64,000 bases of DNA, taken from a bacterium (lineage in GTDB: Bacteria; Zhuqueibacterota; Zhuqueibacteria; Residuimicrobiales; Krinioviventaceae). The DNA is taken from positions 1,088,001-1,152,000 of the forward strand of contig OY843751.1 of NCBI GenBank assembly GCA_963693055.1, given 5' to 3'. Made by a program: the position numbers and the translations under genes. The notes beneath the pieces were generated by a model, which did not search any database, had not been told where the DNA came from, and saw only the letters and a list, made by a program, of their open reading frames with translations. Below are positions 53,221 to 63,095 of this stretch, in pieces. Numbering within the stretch: the stretch's first letter is position 1; each line of letters begins with the position of its first letter.

Positions 53221-53259
53221 AAAAAACCGGACAACCCTTTAGCGAGGAACGTTGCCCGG
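53221..53259 (-). terminator. Terminator of the minus-strand aldolase transcript
   Basis: ccgggcaac...gttgtccgg stem on the minus strand followed by a T run. Confidence 0.65.
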
Positions 53260-53291
53260 CACATCCAAAGGTAACAATGTTACCTAAAGCG

Positions 53292-53325
53292 AGGTCCGTT
53301 ACTTTTTCAGTAGCGGGCCTTTTTT
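53292..53325 (+). terminator. Terminator after the 53187 stop
   Basis: aggtccgttact/agtagcgggcct stem (G-U pairs on the + strand) followed by a T run. Confidence 0.75.
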
Positions 53326-53330
53326 AATAT

Positions 53331-53412
53331 AAGAATGTTTGGTTGAATAGCAAGGTTTTTTCAATATTTGTCAATCCGGCGGACGCACAGGTCCGCCCTA
53401 ACAGAAACGATT
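53331..53412 (+). repeat. 82-bp direct repeat copy 2
   Basis: The last 46 bp are identical to the 43989-44070 copy. Confidence 0.85.
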
Positions 53413-53416
53413 GAAA

Positions 53417-54703
53417 TTATTCCAGTTTAAAATGCTTGCGAATATCCTGCAGTTCATCTTCATTGATGGCGACCAGTCCGCCCAGGCTCTTGGCATCGAT
53501 GAGGGAGCGGGCGCTGAATTCTGCTACTTCCAACCGGTCAAAGGCTTCCAGCAGCGAGCTGCCAACAGTCAGAATGGCGTCATGCTCCAGCAAAATCACC
53601 GGGGTGCTCTTGTTGAGCATTTTTGAGATTTTACCTTCCTGTGTAAACTGGTCTCCAAAGGGGATCTTTGGAATGTCCCGCAGCAAAATATAACTCTCCG
53701 GAATGGAGCGCGTATCAAAGTTGTCGTCAGTAATGCTGAATGCCATGGCATTAGGCGCCTGGGCCGAGATGATGGCATTGATCTCGGGATGATCGCGATA
53801 GATGCGGTCGTGCAGCAGTACAGAGCGGCTGGGCAGTTTACCACGCTCGCGCTTGCGATCATTGATCAATACAATATCCTGAACGTCCAGCAAGCGTCTG
53901 TCAACACCGGTGGGAGTAATCACAAAGGTGTTCTGATGTACCCGTACCGAAACCACGCCTTCGGTGCTGTTCATGATCTGCTGATCATACGCGCGATGTA
54001 CAATTTCGCAGATATGGCGTCTATAGGCTTTTTCGCGATTACTGCGATTTTCCGGATCAAACTCTACCAGGTAATGCTTGGACTGGTGAAACAATGCAAG
54101 CTGATCGTCAGTGAGTTCTCGATATTGTCCTAAAATATTTGCGCGTATTGCCAGACGTGCGCAAAAATCAAGGGTCTCAAATCGGTGGAACGCTTCCATT
54201 ATGCTGCCGCCGCCGCAAACCACACCGTGGTTTTCCATAATAATAGAGTCGTTACCGTCTTTGAAAGACTGGGCAATCAGCTCTCCCAGCTTGTTGCTGC
54301 CGGGCAGGGCATAGGGGGCGTAACCAATGTTACCACAAATATCATCCGCTTGCGGCAGAATGCGGGTTGAGGGCTTTTGCCGGGCAATGCTGAATGACAC
54401 CAGCGCACTGGGGTGCGCGTGCACAATACCACGGATATCCGGACGGTTATCGTAAATCGCTTTGTGAAACGGAAACTCGGATGAGGGTTTGTGAATGCCC
54501 TTGATCTCACCGTCCGCTTTAACGCGCACAATATCGTCCCATTCCAGCTTGCCTTTATCAACACCGGCGGGAGTGATCCAAATATCTCCATTTTCATCCC
54601 GGATTGAGAGGTTGCCGCCAGAAGTTGTTGTCATTCCATATCTGTATACACGCTGCATAAACAAAGTCAGCAGTTCTTTGGGGTGGGTTATATCATAATA
54701 CAC
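53417..54703 (-). CDS. Class II aldolase/adducin family protein with two tandem domains
   Basis: TTSGGNLS, PSSEFPFH, HAHP, ENHG; the second domain is degenerate (PSRSVLLH, LEHD). Confidence 0.9.
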   Translation of the reverse strand: MYYDITHPKELLTLFMQRVYRYGMTTTSGGNLSIRDENGDIWITPAGVDKGKLEWDDIVRVKADGEIKGIHKPSSEFPFHKAIYDNRPDIRGIVHAHPSALVSFSIARQKPSTRILPQADDICGNIGYAPYALPGSNKLGELIAQSFKDGNDSIIMENHGVVCGGGSIMEAFHRFETLDFCARLAIRANILGQYRELTDDQLALFHQSKHYLVEFDPENRSNREKAYRRHICEIVHRAYDQQIMNSTEGVVSVRVHQNTFVITPTGVDRRLLDVQDIVLINDRKRERGKLPSRSVLLHDRIYRDHPEINAIISAQAPNAMAFSITDDNFDTRSIPESYILLRDIPKIPFGDQFTQEGKISKMLNKSTPVILLEHDAILTVGSSLLEAFDRLEVAEFSARSLIDAKSLGGLVAINEDELQDIRKHFKLE

Positions 54704-54839
54704 TGTGGTTCCTTTCCTTAAACGTTTTCGTAGAACTGTATAATGTACAATTTTTTCTGAAAAAATGCATGCTAATCTTTAATTGAACACACAGAATGGC
54801 AAAAATATTTTTATTTTTTTTGAAATAAATGAAACAGAT

Positions 54840-54857
54840 TTGAGAATTTTTTCACAA
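54840..54857. promoter_or_regulatory. Rex-like operator
   Basis: TTGAGAA-TTTT-TTCACAA, one mismatch to TTGTGAA-N4-TTCACAA. Confidence 0.5.
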
Positions 54858-54995
54858 AGTGTTTCATTTGAAACACTTTGTTCCTTGTGCGATAAGTTAC
54901 TGTTTTTAAAAGTTGTTCACAGGCTTGTTCCGTGTTTTTGAAACACGCTGTTTCATAGGGATTGTTTTGTTCGTTGTTTTTATTGAGGTTACGGT

Positions 54996-55011
54996 TGGTA
55001 CGCTGTTTGCA
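54996..55011 (+). promoter_or_regulatory. Sigma54 (-24/-12) promoter
   Basis: TGGTACG-CTGT-TTGCA with exact GG-N10-GC spacing, ~100 bp before the cytochrome start. Confidence 0.65.
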
Positions 55012-55112
55012 TTCGTGTTCCAAAAATCGGCAGATGCTGTTTAAAAGTTACAACATTATGAAAAACAGTAGATTACATGTCTGCTGTATTCACTAAAACT
55101 CTGGAGTTTAAA

Positions 55113-56417
55113 GTGAAACAACACATTACAGGATTTTTAATTTTACTGATGGGATTATTTGTACTGTTTTCCTGTACAAAAAAATATCCCGATCAGACCC
55201 AGATGGATCTGGCAATTGGTGGAGATGGGTGTACCAATTGTCATATGAATACCGATCTGTTAAAGGAGGTAGCTACCCCTCAGGAAGTTACCGAGGGTGA
55301 TGCGGGCGAAGGCTGAGGCGGGGAAGTGGCTCCGTTGGAGACATGGCAGATGGTTTCAATTAAAGAATCTTTTCTTAGTACCCCACATGGAAAACTGGGC
55401 TGTACAGCTTGTCACTTTGGTAACGCCAAAGCAAAGACAAAAGAAGAAGCCCACGTAAACGACTTTGTTGCAAGTCCCAGCATGCAGCCGGATGTGTATT
55501 GCGAAGGGTGTCATGCTGAAATTACCAATGATCATAATGGTAGTTTGCACAAAAATCTCGATGGATATTACAAACGTATTGAAAAGCGCCTGGGTTATGA
55601 TATTTCTGGTGATGAAATGATTGTTGGCGAATTCAACAAAGAATGCGGCAAGTGTCATGCAAGCTGCGGACAGTGTCACGTATCACGACCAGTATCCGTA
55701 AAAGGCGGCTTTCTGGACGGACATACCTTCCAGCGTGAACCGACCATGAAAGACAATTGCACAGCATGTCATGGTAGCCGAGTTGGCGCCGAATTCTTTG
55801 GTGAGAATGAAGGCATGAGAGCAGACGTTCACTGGATCCCCAATGTGAAACGCTGTGTATTCTGTCACGATGGTAACTCCATGCATAGTTCAACAGATGG
55901 TGCAACCCACCGTTATGAAGACCAGGATATGACACGTTGCGAAGACTGTCATATGGATGATAAGGAAGCTAACGAATATCATCTTACGCACTGGAAAGAT
56001 GATGGCGGCTTGTCATGCCAGGTATGTCACTCTCAGGAATACAAGAATTGTAACAGCTGCCATACCGGTGGCGCGGGAATTACCGGTAGTTCTTATATGG
56101 ATTTCAAAATTGCCAAGAACCCGATCAAAACCGACTTTCGGAATTATGATATTGTAACGGTTCGTCATATTCCAATTTCTCGTGATACCTATACAAGCTG
56201 GGGTATTGCAGACTTGCCGAATTACAATGTTGAACCCACCTGGAAGTATGCAACACCGCATAATATCCAGCGTTGGACAGCCCGTACAGATACAACCGGT
56301 ACAACAGCTTGTTATGAAAAATGTCATAATTCAGATTATTACTTGACGCTTGAAGACTTGTTTGAAGAAGAAGTTGATGCAAACAAGGATTATGTATTAA
56401 CACGAAATGAAAACTAG
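55113..56417 (+). CDS. Multiheme c-type cytochrome lipoprotein, probable selenoprotein (TGA 55314-55316 = Sec68)
   Basis: GTG start after ggag, LFSC lipobox. The two listed ORFs share a frame and read GEG-TGA-GGEVAPLE. 10 CxxCH plus one CX3CH; hairpin directly 3' of the TGA. Confidence 0.8.
55326..55344 (+). promoter_or_regulatory. Candidate bacterial SECIS hairpin
   Basis: GUG-G-CUCC-[GUU]-GGAG-A-CAU; the apical loop starts with G, 17 nt after the UGA. Confidence 0.6.
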
Positions 56418-56453
56418 AACAAATAACAAATAATACAAAATGGAGGAAACTCG

Positions 56454-57458
56454 ATGTTAAAGAGAACACTTTTATTGTTACTGGGTTTGTCACTGGTCTT
56501 GTTCATGTTTGGTTGCAGCGATGATGATGACAATCCTGCTGAAACCGAAACTGTAGATGAATTTAGTTTAATGACAGATGTTGGTGATGTATATTTTACA
56601 GATTATACCACAACCGGTGGCAATGCTGTGAATGTTTCTATCTCTGCTGTATTCCCGATTTTGGCTGATGGCGATGCTTCAAATGATCCATTGATCCTTG
56701 ATTATCGTTCAGCTGCCGACTATGCAACCGGTCACCTGACAGGTGCTATTAATGTATCATTGGGAAGTTTGATGGATAAAATAGATGATGGTACAATTAC
56801 TAAAGACAAAACCGTTTTGAACGTATGTTATACCGGTCAAACTGCAAGTTTTGCTACCAGCATCCTGAATCTGTTGGGTTATGAAGCTGAGAATCTGCTT
56901 TTTGGTATGTGTGGTGTTACTACAGATGCTTCTGTAAATGGTACTGACAAATGGAGCTCTCAGGTTGCATCTGATGAATTTGCAGCACAATTGGTTTCTA
57001 CTGTCTCTACTACTACAACTGAATATGATTTTCCATCAATTTCTACCAGCCAGACTACTGCTGAAGAAGTTATAATCGAACAATTCAAATCCGTAGGTGC
57101 AAGTGGTTGGACCATTTCTGCCGGAGATGTTTTTGCTAATCCTTCCGGTTATTTTGTAATCAACTACTGGCCACAGGCTGAATACGAAGCACCGGGTCAT
57201 ATTCCGGGTGCTTATTGTTTTCCACCCAAGTCTTCTTTGCAGAAAGCAGAGATGTTGAAACTGCTGCCTACTGACAAAACAATCGTTGTTTATTGCTATA
57301 CGGGTCAAACATCAGCTCAGGTAACTGCTTACCTGCGTATGCTGGGTTATGACGCAAAAAGCTTATTGTATGGTGTAAATGGTTTTGCTTATAATGCATT
57401 AGCCGGCCATAAATATTCTGCACCAGCTGACGATTATTCATCTATTATTGTTAAATAA
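56454..57458 (+). CDS. Tandem rhodanese-domain lipoprotein (sulfur/selenium transferase-like)
   Basis: ggagg RBS, FGC lipobox, GHLTGAIN and GHIPGAY, two CYTGQT active-site loops. Confidence 0.9.
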   Translation: MLKRTLLLLLGLSLVLFMFGCSDDDDNPAETETVDEFSLMTDVGDVYFTDYTTTGGNAVNVSISAVFPILADGDASNDPLILDYRSAADYATGHLTGAINVSLGSLMDKIDDGTITKDKTVLNVCYTGQTASFATSILNLLGYEAENLLFGMCGVTTDASVNGTDKWSSQVASDEFAAQLVSTVSTTTTEYDFPSISTSQTTAEEVIIEQFKSVGASGWTISAGDVFANPSGYFVINYWPQAEYEAPGHIPGAYCFPPKSSLQKAEMLKLLPTDKTIVVYCYTGQTSAQVTAYLRMLGYDAKSLLYGVNGFAYNALAGHKYSAPADDYSSIIVK

Positions 57459-57468
57459 ATTCTGCAAA

Positions 57469-57510
57469 AACCCGAGACTGTGAAATTTTTTACAGTCTCG
57501 GGTTGCTTTT
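57469..57510 (+). terminator. Intra-operon stem-loop/terminator
   Basis: cccgagactgtgaaa/tttacagtctcggg followed by ttgcttttt. Confidence 0.7.
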
Positions 57511-57579
57511 TAGACTTTTATATATTATCATTCAGTATAATCAAATATGCGCGGTTCCAAATATATCGCGGGAAAAATT

Positions 57580-58758
57580 ATGAAAAAAATCATTCCAATT
57601 CTGGTGCTGTTATCAAGTATGTGCCTGCAAGCACAGGGCCTGGTATTTCACGGAAAGGTCAGGAACTCTGTTTACAGTTACGAGAGTGATGAGCAGCATA
57701 ATCGGGCTTATCAGTATTTGCGTTTCAGCCTTGCAACCGCTGATAAAAAGTTCCGTATTAATTCATCTGTACGTGCGCTTACAGATTTTAACGAAACCAT
57801 AGACAGCGATCTTCGTTTCAAAGCTTATGCTTTGAACCTTGAAGCCAACGATCTTTTAGGCCGTGTGGATTTAAAGCTGGGACGCCAGTTCTTACATCCT
57901 GGAACTGTTTTAGGCGCTCTCGATGGTCTATCTGGCTCTGTCAAGATCAATAAAATGTTTTCTGTTGAAGGTTATGCCGGAACAGAATCACATTTTGATC
58001 GTATTTTCAAAGTCTATGAGCTGGATGACAGTTTTGTTGCCGGTGGTTTATTTAATGTTAAAAATCTGTACTCAACCAACCTGCAGCTTTTGTACCTGCA
58101 CAAATCCAATGTTGATACAACCTTGTTTCAGCTCACCGGTTTAAATGTTACCAATTATACTTTTGATAAAACGCATTTTAATGTTCAGGCGCATTATGAT
58201 ATGCAAAATGAACGCATGCACCGCTTGATGGCTTCTGTTCGCCAGGAGCTGTTGGGAAATATGGCGGTTAACCTCAGGTATAAAAGCCAGTATCCCCAGA
58301 TTTATACAAACTCGTTTTTTTCTATTTTTTCACCCAAGGCATACAAACAATATCATGCAGGGCTGAGTTACGAATTTTATAAAGATTATTATATCAGTAC
58401 GCAATACCAACTGGTCCAGTTTGATGACGGAAACGCAAACAAGGTATTTTTTACTATCAACGGTATGAATGCCAGTGCCGGTGTTTTATATGAAAGCGGA
58501 TACGCGGGTGATCAGTTGTCACTAATGTTTGATTATGCATATGAAGTGATTGAAAATCTCTATGCGTCAATCAATCTTGATTATTCGAAATACAGAACAG
58601 AAGAATTGTATGAATATGATAATCAATTGGCAAACGCGTTGCGCTTGAATTATCGCCTCAACAAGAACTGGATCATTGATTTGGAATATCAATGGTTGAA
58701 TAACAAATTCACAGAAAATGATTCCCGTTTTCTGAATCATATTACGTATAGATGGTAA
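57580..58758 (+). CDS. Putative outer-membrane beta-barrel (porin of a porin-cytochrome module)
   Basis: Signal peptide, alternating aromatic beta-strands, LKLGRQF motif, C-terminal ITYRW; lies between cytochrome genes. Confidence 0.7.
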   Translation: MKKIIPILVLLSSMCLQAQGLVFHGKVRNSVYSYESDEQHNRAYQYLRFSLATADKKFRINSSVRALTDFNETIDSDLRFKAYALNLEANDLLGRVDLKLGRQFLHPGTVLGALDGLSGSVKINKMFSVEGYAGTESHFDRIFKVYELDDSFVAGGLFNVKNLYSTNLQLLYLHKSNVDTTLFQLTGLNVTNYTFDKTHFNVQAHYDMQNERMHRLMASVRQELLGNMAVNLRYKSQYPQIYTNSFFSIFSPKAYKQYHAGLSYEFYKDYYISTQYQLVQFDDGNANKVFFTINGMNASAGVLYESGYAGDQLSLMFDYAYEVIENLYASINLDYSKYRTEELYEYDNQLANALRLNYRLNKNWIIDLEYQWLNNKFTENDSRFLNHITYRW

Positions 58759-58773
58759 TTGAAGGATTTTCCA

Positions 58774-59643
58774 ATGAAATATATAATTGGTATTTTAGCA
58801 TTATTTCTGTTGGTTTCTGTTTCTTTGGGACAGAATGTAGAACTGATCTTTTCACATCAGTTCCATGCTGTGGATGTTGAGGCCGAGTGTTCTGCTTGTC
58901 ACGTTGCGGCAGATACCAGTACAATGGCAATGCATAATCTGCTACCGGATATGGAAACCTGTTATACCTGTCATGATGAAGATACGGATTGTACTGTATG
59001 TCACAAAGATCCTGACAATGCGGTTCCGTATCCCCGTATTGAGCAATATATTGCCAAGTTCCCGCATGCGACACATGTGGAAAATGAGGTTGCATGCGAA
59101 ACATGCCATGCCGGTGTAGCCTCAAACAGTAATATTTTTGACAGTCATTTGCCTGATATGGGTGCGTGTATGAATTGTCATACCGAATTAGAGCAGCCTG
59201 ACTATTGTATTACCTGCCACGCAGAAACTGAAGATCTGATGCCAGCTGACCATAAATTGGATTGGACAAAATCCCACGGTTTTGCCGCACAAGCTGATCA
59301 GGAATGTTCAATTTGCCATACTGAGAACCAGTGTCTGGATTGTCATCAGGGAGATGATCTTGATCACAAAGTGCATCCGTTGAATTTTGTCAACAACCAT
59401 GCAATTTTTGCCAAAGGCAACAAGGACAACTGTTTGACCTGTCATGAAGAACTGCTCTCATGTGTCGACTGCCATCAACAGGAAATGGTAATGCCTGCAA
59501 ATCACTCCAGTGCAGGATGGTCCAACTTTACTACCGGTGGCCGCCACGCGCGTGAAGCCCTTCAGGATCTCGATTCCTGTGTTAGCTGTCATAATGACGC
59601 TGTGGGTAATCCGGTTTGTTTGACCTGTCACCAACAGAATTAA
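58774..59643 (+). CDS. Dodecaheme c-type cytochrome (c3/c7-like modules)
   Basis: Signal peptide, 12 CxxCH counted, FSHQFH and FPHATH distal-ligand motifs. Confidence 0.92.
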   Translation: MKYIIGILALFLLVSVSLGQNVELIFSHQFHAVDVEAECSACHVAADTSTMAMHNLLPDMETCYTCHDEDTDCTVCHKDPDNAVPYPRIEQYIAKFPHATHVENEVACETCHAGVASNSNIFDSHLPDMGACMNCHTELEQPDYCITCHAETEDLMPADHKLDWTKSHGFAAQADQECSICHTENQCLDCHQGDDLDHKVHPLNFVNNHAIFAKGNKDNCLTCHEELLSCVDCHQQEMVMPANHSSAGWSNFTTGGRHAREALQDLDSCVSCHNDAVGNPVCLTCHQQN

Positions 59644-59707
59644 GCTTTAGAAATAGTAAAGTTTAGCTGGCGGGGAAGAAGGGCCTCATCAGTTGATAAA
59701 ATATATT

Positions 59708-59744
59708 AAAAAAAGGCACTGTAAATTCTACAGTGCCTTTTTTT
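59708..59744. terminator. Bidirectional terminator
   Basis: A run-ggcactgta-aattc-tacagtgcc-T run between convergent genes. Confidence 0.9.
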
Positions 59745-59751
59745 AGGTATC

Positions 59752-60843
59752 TCACCTTACAATCATTAATTTTTTTACAACTTTTTTATTGTCGAGATTT
59801 ATCCGATAAAAGTATATTCCGGTATTGACTATTTGCCCCGTATGATCAAGTCCGTCCCAGGTTATTTTGTTTATGCCTTTATGGGGATTACCAATATTCA
59901 GGGTCCTTATTATTTGTCCCAGGGGATTAAATATCTCAATATTTACATTTTCTGCTTTTTCTAATTGAAAGTTGATTGTGGTATGCTGACAAAAGGGATT
60001 GGGATAGTTTTTTGCATCCAGGTTGTAAGAGTCTGGTGTGATTCTATTTGAAATTCCGGTCTCGTTCCTGCTGCCATCCCAACCGGCGATTCTGGCCAAA
60101 AGCCACCAGAACGCCCGGCCTTTGACCTCACAGCTTTCATTGGTGGTGTGGCCGTTTTCATCTCCGTTGTATTGCGGGTGCTCCATGGGGATACTATTTA
60201 TTATATTTTGTTCATCATTATACCAGCAATCAAGATCTGCAAAATCGAACAATATTTTATTATTGTCTATGCAATACTGCCGTATCTGGTTGTTTCTGTC
60301 GAGCCGATTTTGTTCCATTGACTGGGCATTACCGGTCATGTATACAAAGGTGATTTCCGGAAATTCGCTTTCCAGTTGAGACATATTATCCAGATAAATC
60401 TGGGTTTGGGCTGTTGAATAATAATCAAGTTGGGTACACCAGGCCCAGGCAGATATATTTACATCTTTTGCCTGTAATACGGAACGAGTAATGTTTAAGG
60501 CATTATTGCCTTCCCAATATAGATCGGGAGTGATATAGGTTTCGCAGTAACCAGTTAAAAATTGTCCATCCATAAGGCTGAGAAAAGTTTCGGTAACCGG
60601 CATATTACAATTGTCAGGATAAAAGGCAAATTGAGAATCAGAATTAGATAAACGCTCCAACCCTACATAAATTTGTTCCCCGTGGGAAGTATGGGCATAA
60701 TGCGCTTTGAGTTGTTCTTTTACTAAACTGATCCAGCTATCTGGTATTTGGTTAATATCAGTACAATTGTGATCAATAATAATACCTTGTGAAAAACCGG
60801 GCAATGCAATAATCAGGATAAAAAGAATAAAGAGTTTTTTCAT
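59752..60843 (-). CDS. Secreted protein with FlgD/T9SS-type C-terminal tail
   Basis: Signal peptide; HTSHGEQI domain of unknown function; NYPNPF...TGIYFY tail. Confidence 0.75.
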   Translation of the reverse strand: MKKLFILFILIIALPGFSQGIIIDHNCTDINQIPDSWISLVKEQLKAHYAHTSHGEQIYVGLERLSNSDSQFAFYPDNCNMPVTETFLSLMDGQFLTGYCETYITPDLYWEGNNALNITRSVLQAKDVNISAWAWCTQLDYYSTAQTQIYLDNMSQLESEFPEITFVYMTGNAQSMEQNRLDRNNQIRQYCIDNNKILFDFADLDCWYNDEQNIINSIPMEHPQYNGDENGHTTNESCEVKGRAFWWLLARIAGWDGSRNETGISNRITPDSYNLDAKNYPNPFCQHTTINFQLEKAENVNIEIFNPLGQIIRTLNIGNPHKGINKITWDGLDHTGQIVNTGIYFYRINLDNKKVVKKLMIVR

Positions 60844-60879
60844 GGACCCCTCGTTATTATATAGATAATATCAATTCTT

Positions 60880-61539
60880 TCAAACTAGGTTCATCTGTTC
60901 AGCCGGGTATTGACGCAAAAGCTTGAACGCTTCATCGGCAGTAGTTGATTTGCAAAGCCACTTTTCCTCGTCCTCTGCAAGTAATATAACCGGCATGCGG
61001 GTATGGGGGATTTGCAGCAAGGTTTCATTGGCTTTAATTGTGATCAATGTACAAGAATAGATCTGTTCATTGCCCGGTAATGTGCAAATGTCCCATAACG
61101 CTGCAAATGAAAATATTTCCTGATCTATTAATTGAATATGCTTTTCACTTCTTTTTTGGTCCTTTGGGGCCAGCTTTTTGTCCGGCCATTCAAAGAATGA
61201 AGTTGCGGGAATAATGCATCTTTGTCCCTTTTTCCACGCGGATTTATAAGAAGCTTTTTCTGTGAGGGTCTCATAGCGGGCGTTAAAGGTACTGAATTTC
61301 TTTTCTTTTAAGGGTTTGTTCCACCATGATGGAATAATGTCCCAGCGAAAGAGGTTAATCTTACGGGTACCATTGTCTTCCAGAATAACAGGTACTTTAG
61401 ATTGGTTTTCACCTCGTGCGGGAAAGAAATCCTGAGTGCTAAAGAGTTTGTCTAGTTCTTCGGGAGGTATGTGTTCCAATCCATATTTTTCAACAAGGTT
61501 TTTGAGCCTCATATAGTTTATGGCGAAATGACCACACAT
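60880..61539 (-). CDS. SOS response-associated peptidase (SRAP/YedK family)
   Basis: MCG N-terminus, FNARYET, RCIIPATSFFEW, HTRMPVIL. Confidence 0.92.
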   Translation of the reverse strand: MCGHFAINYMRLKNLVEKYGLEHIPPEELDKLFSTQDFFPARGENQSKVPVILEDNGTRKINLFRWDIIPSWWNKPLKEKKFSTFNARYETLTEKASYKSAWKKGQRCIIPATSFFEWPDKKLAPKDQKRSEKHIQLIDQEIFSFAALWDICTLPGNEQIYSCTLITIKANETLLQIPHTRMPVILLAEDEEKWLCKSTTADEAFKLLRQYPAEQMNLV

Positions 61540-61742
61540 ATAAAAATCCTTTTATTAGTTTATCAAGCTGGATCTGTATAAATTTAACAATATGATTTAT
61601 AGATTTTTTCCCTGATTTATATTGCAAAAATAGGAAATAAAATTTAAATGTAACAGTGAATTCTTGATTATTGCAAATGTTTTTCATACTATAACAATTG
61701 TAATAAATTCATTAAATTTCACATAAATTACAGGAGTGATGT

Positions 61743-63095
61743 ATGGATGCGCTATATCTTTCTCGATTGCAGTTTGCGCTAACAATCGCGTTCCATTATC
61801 TGTTTCCTCCCATTTCTATCGGCCTGGGTTTATTGCTGGTATTTATGGAGGGGATGTATCTTAAAACCAAAAATCAGTTGTATCACCGGATGACCCGTTT
61901 TTGGGTTAAAGTTTTTGGCCTTGTGTTTGCTCTGGGTGTTGCATCTGGTATTGTGATGGAGTTCCAGTTTGGTACAAACTGGTCAACCTATTCACGCTTT
62001 GTGGGTGATGTCTTTGGCAGCGCACTTGCGGCTGAAGGTATTTTTGCTTTTTTCCTGGAATCCGGATTCCTGGCTGTTTTGTTGTTCGGGTGGAACAAGG
62101 TAAAACCCCGCACCCATTTCTTTTCAACTATTATGGTAGCGTTTGGTGCGCATTTTAGTGCCGTTTGGATTGTTGTTGCAAATTCTTGGCAGCAAACTCC
62201 GGCAGGTTATCATATTGTTGAAACAGCAAATGGTGCACGTGCAGAGATTGTAGACTTTTGGGCCATGCTTTTTAATCCCTCAACCGTTGACAGACTGAGT
62301 CATACCATTATGGGTGCGTGGCAGACTGGCGCCTTTTTTGTGATCAGCGTAAGTGCCTGGTATTTACTCAAAAATAAACATGTTGATTTTGCCAAGGCCG
62401 GACTTAGAATAGCACTAGTTTTTGCTGCCGCAGCATCTATGCTACAATTGGTTACCGGGCATTCCAGTGCAGTTACTGTATCTGAAACCCAACCTGCCAA
62501 GCTCGCGGCTATGGAGGCACATTTTGATGAAATGGCACCAGCGGATCTTTATCTTTTTGGTTGGGTGAATGCAGACCAGCAGCGTGTTAATTTGGGTGTA
62601 CGTATTCCGGGTATGCTTAGCTTTCTGGTTTACGGAGATTCGAATAAACCATTAAAGGGATTAAATGCATTCCCTGAGGATGAACGTCCACCTATAAATG
62701 TGGTTTTTCAGGCATACCATATTATGGTTGCTGTTGGTATGTTTCTCATTCTGATATCCTGGTTGGGGCTGGCACTATTGTGGAAAGATAAAGTCTATAA
62801 GGCCAGATGGTTATTGTGGGTATATGTCTTTTCAGTACTAGGGCCTCAAGTTGCAAATCAATTGGGATGGATTGCCGCCGAAGTTGGCAGGCAACCCTGG
62901 ATTGTTTATGGTCTGTTAAAAACCAAGGATGCTTATTCTCCGGTTGTGAGTGGTGGACAAGTTTTAACATCTATAATTCTATTCGGATTTATCTATCTGT
63001 TATTGTTTGCCTTGTTTGTCTATTTGCTGAATGAAAAAATTAAAAACGGACCGGAGCTTGAAGAAAAAACCATAGAGGAGGGACATTTGGCATGA
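61743..63095 (+). CDS. cydA: Cytochrome bd ubiquinol oxidase subunit I
   Basis: [41 protein letters not shown]. Confidence 0.97.
   Translation: MDALYLSRLQFALTIAFHYLFPPISIGLGLLLVFMEGMYLKTKNQLYHRMTRFWVKVFGLVFALGVASGIVMEFQFGTNWSTYSRFVGDVFGSALAAEGIFAFFLESGFLAVLLFGWNKVKPRTHFFSTIMVAFGAHFSAVWIVVANSWQQTPAGYHIVETANGARAEIVDFWAMLFNPSTVDRLSHTIMGAWQTGAFFVISVSAWYLLKNKHVDFAKAGLRIALVFAAAASMLQLVTGHSSAVTVSETQPAKLAAMEAHFDEMAPADLYLFGWVNADQQRVNLGVRIPGMLSFLVYGDSNKPLKGLNAFPEDERPPINVVFQAYHIMVAVGMFLILISWLGLALLWKDKVYKARWLLWVYVFSVLGPQVANQLGWIAAEVGRQPWIVYGLLKTKDAYSPVVSGGQVLTSIILFGFIYLLLFALFVYLLNEKIKNGPELEEKTIEEGHLA

Noticed and set aside
53221-53325. Three-hairpin region as an sRNA or riboswitch
   Set aside because: G-U pairing and U-tracts assign one hairpin to each strand, so two convergent terminators explain it.
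61640-61730. Rex/FNR-like sites upstream of cydA
   Set aside because: Only half-site matches in very AT-rich DNA.
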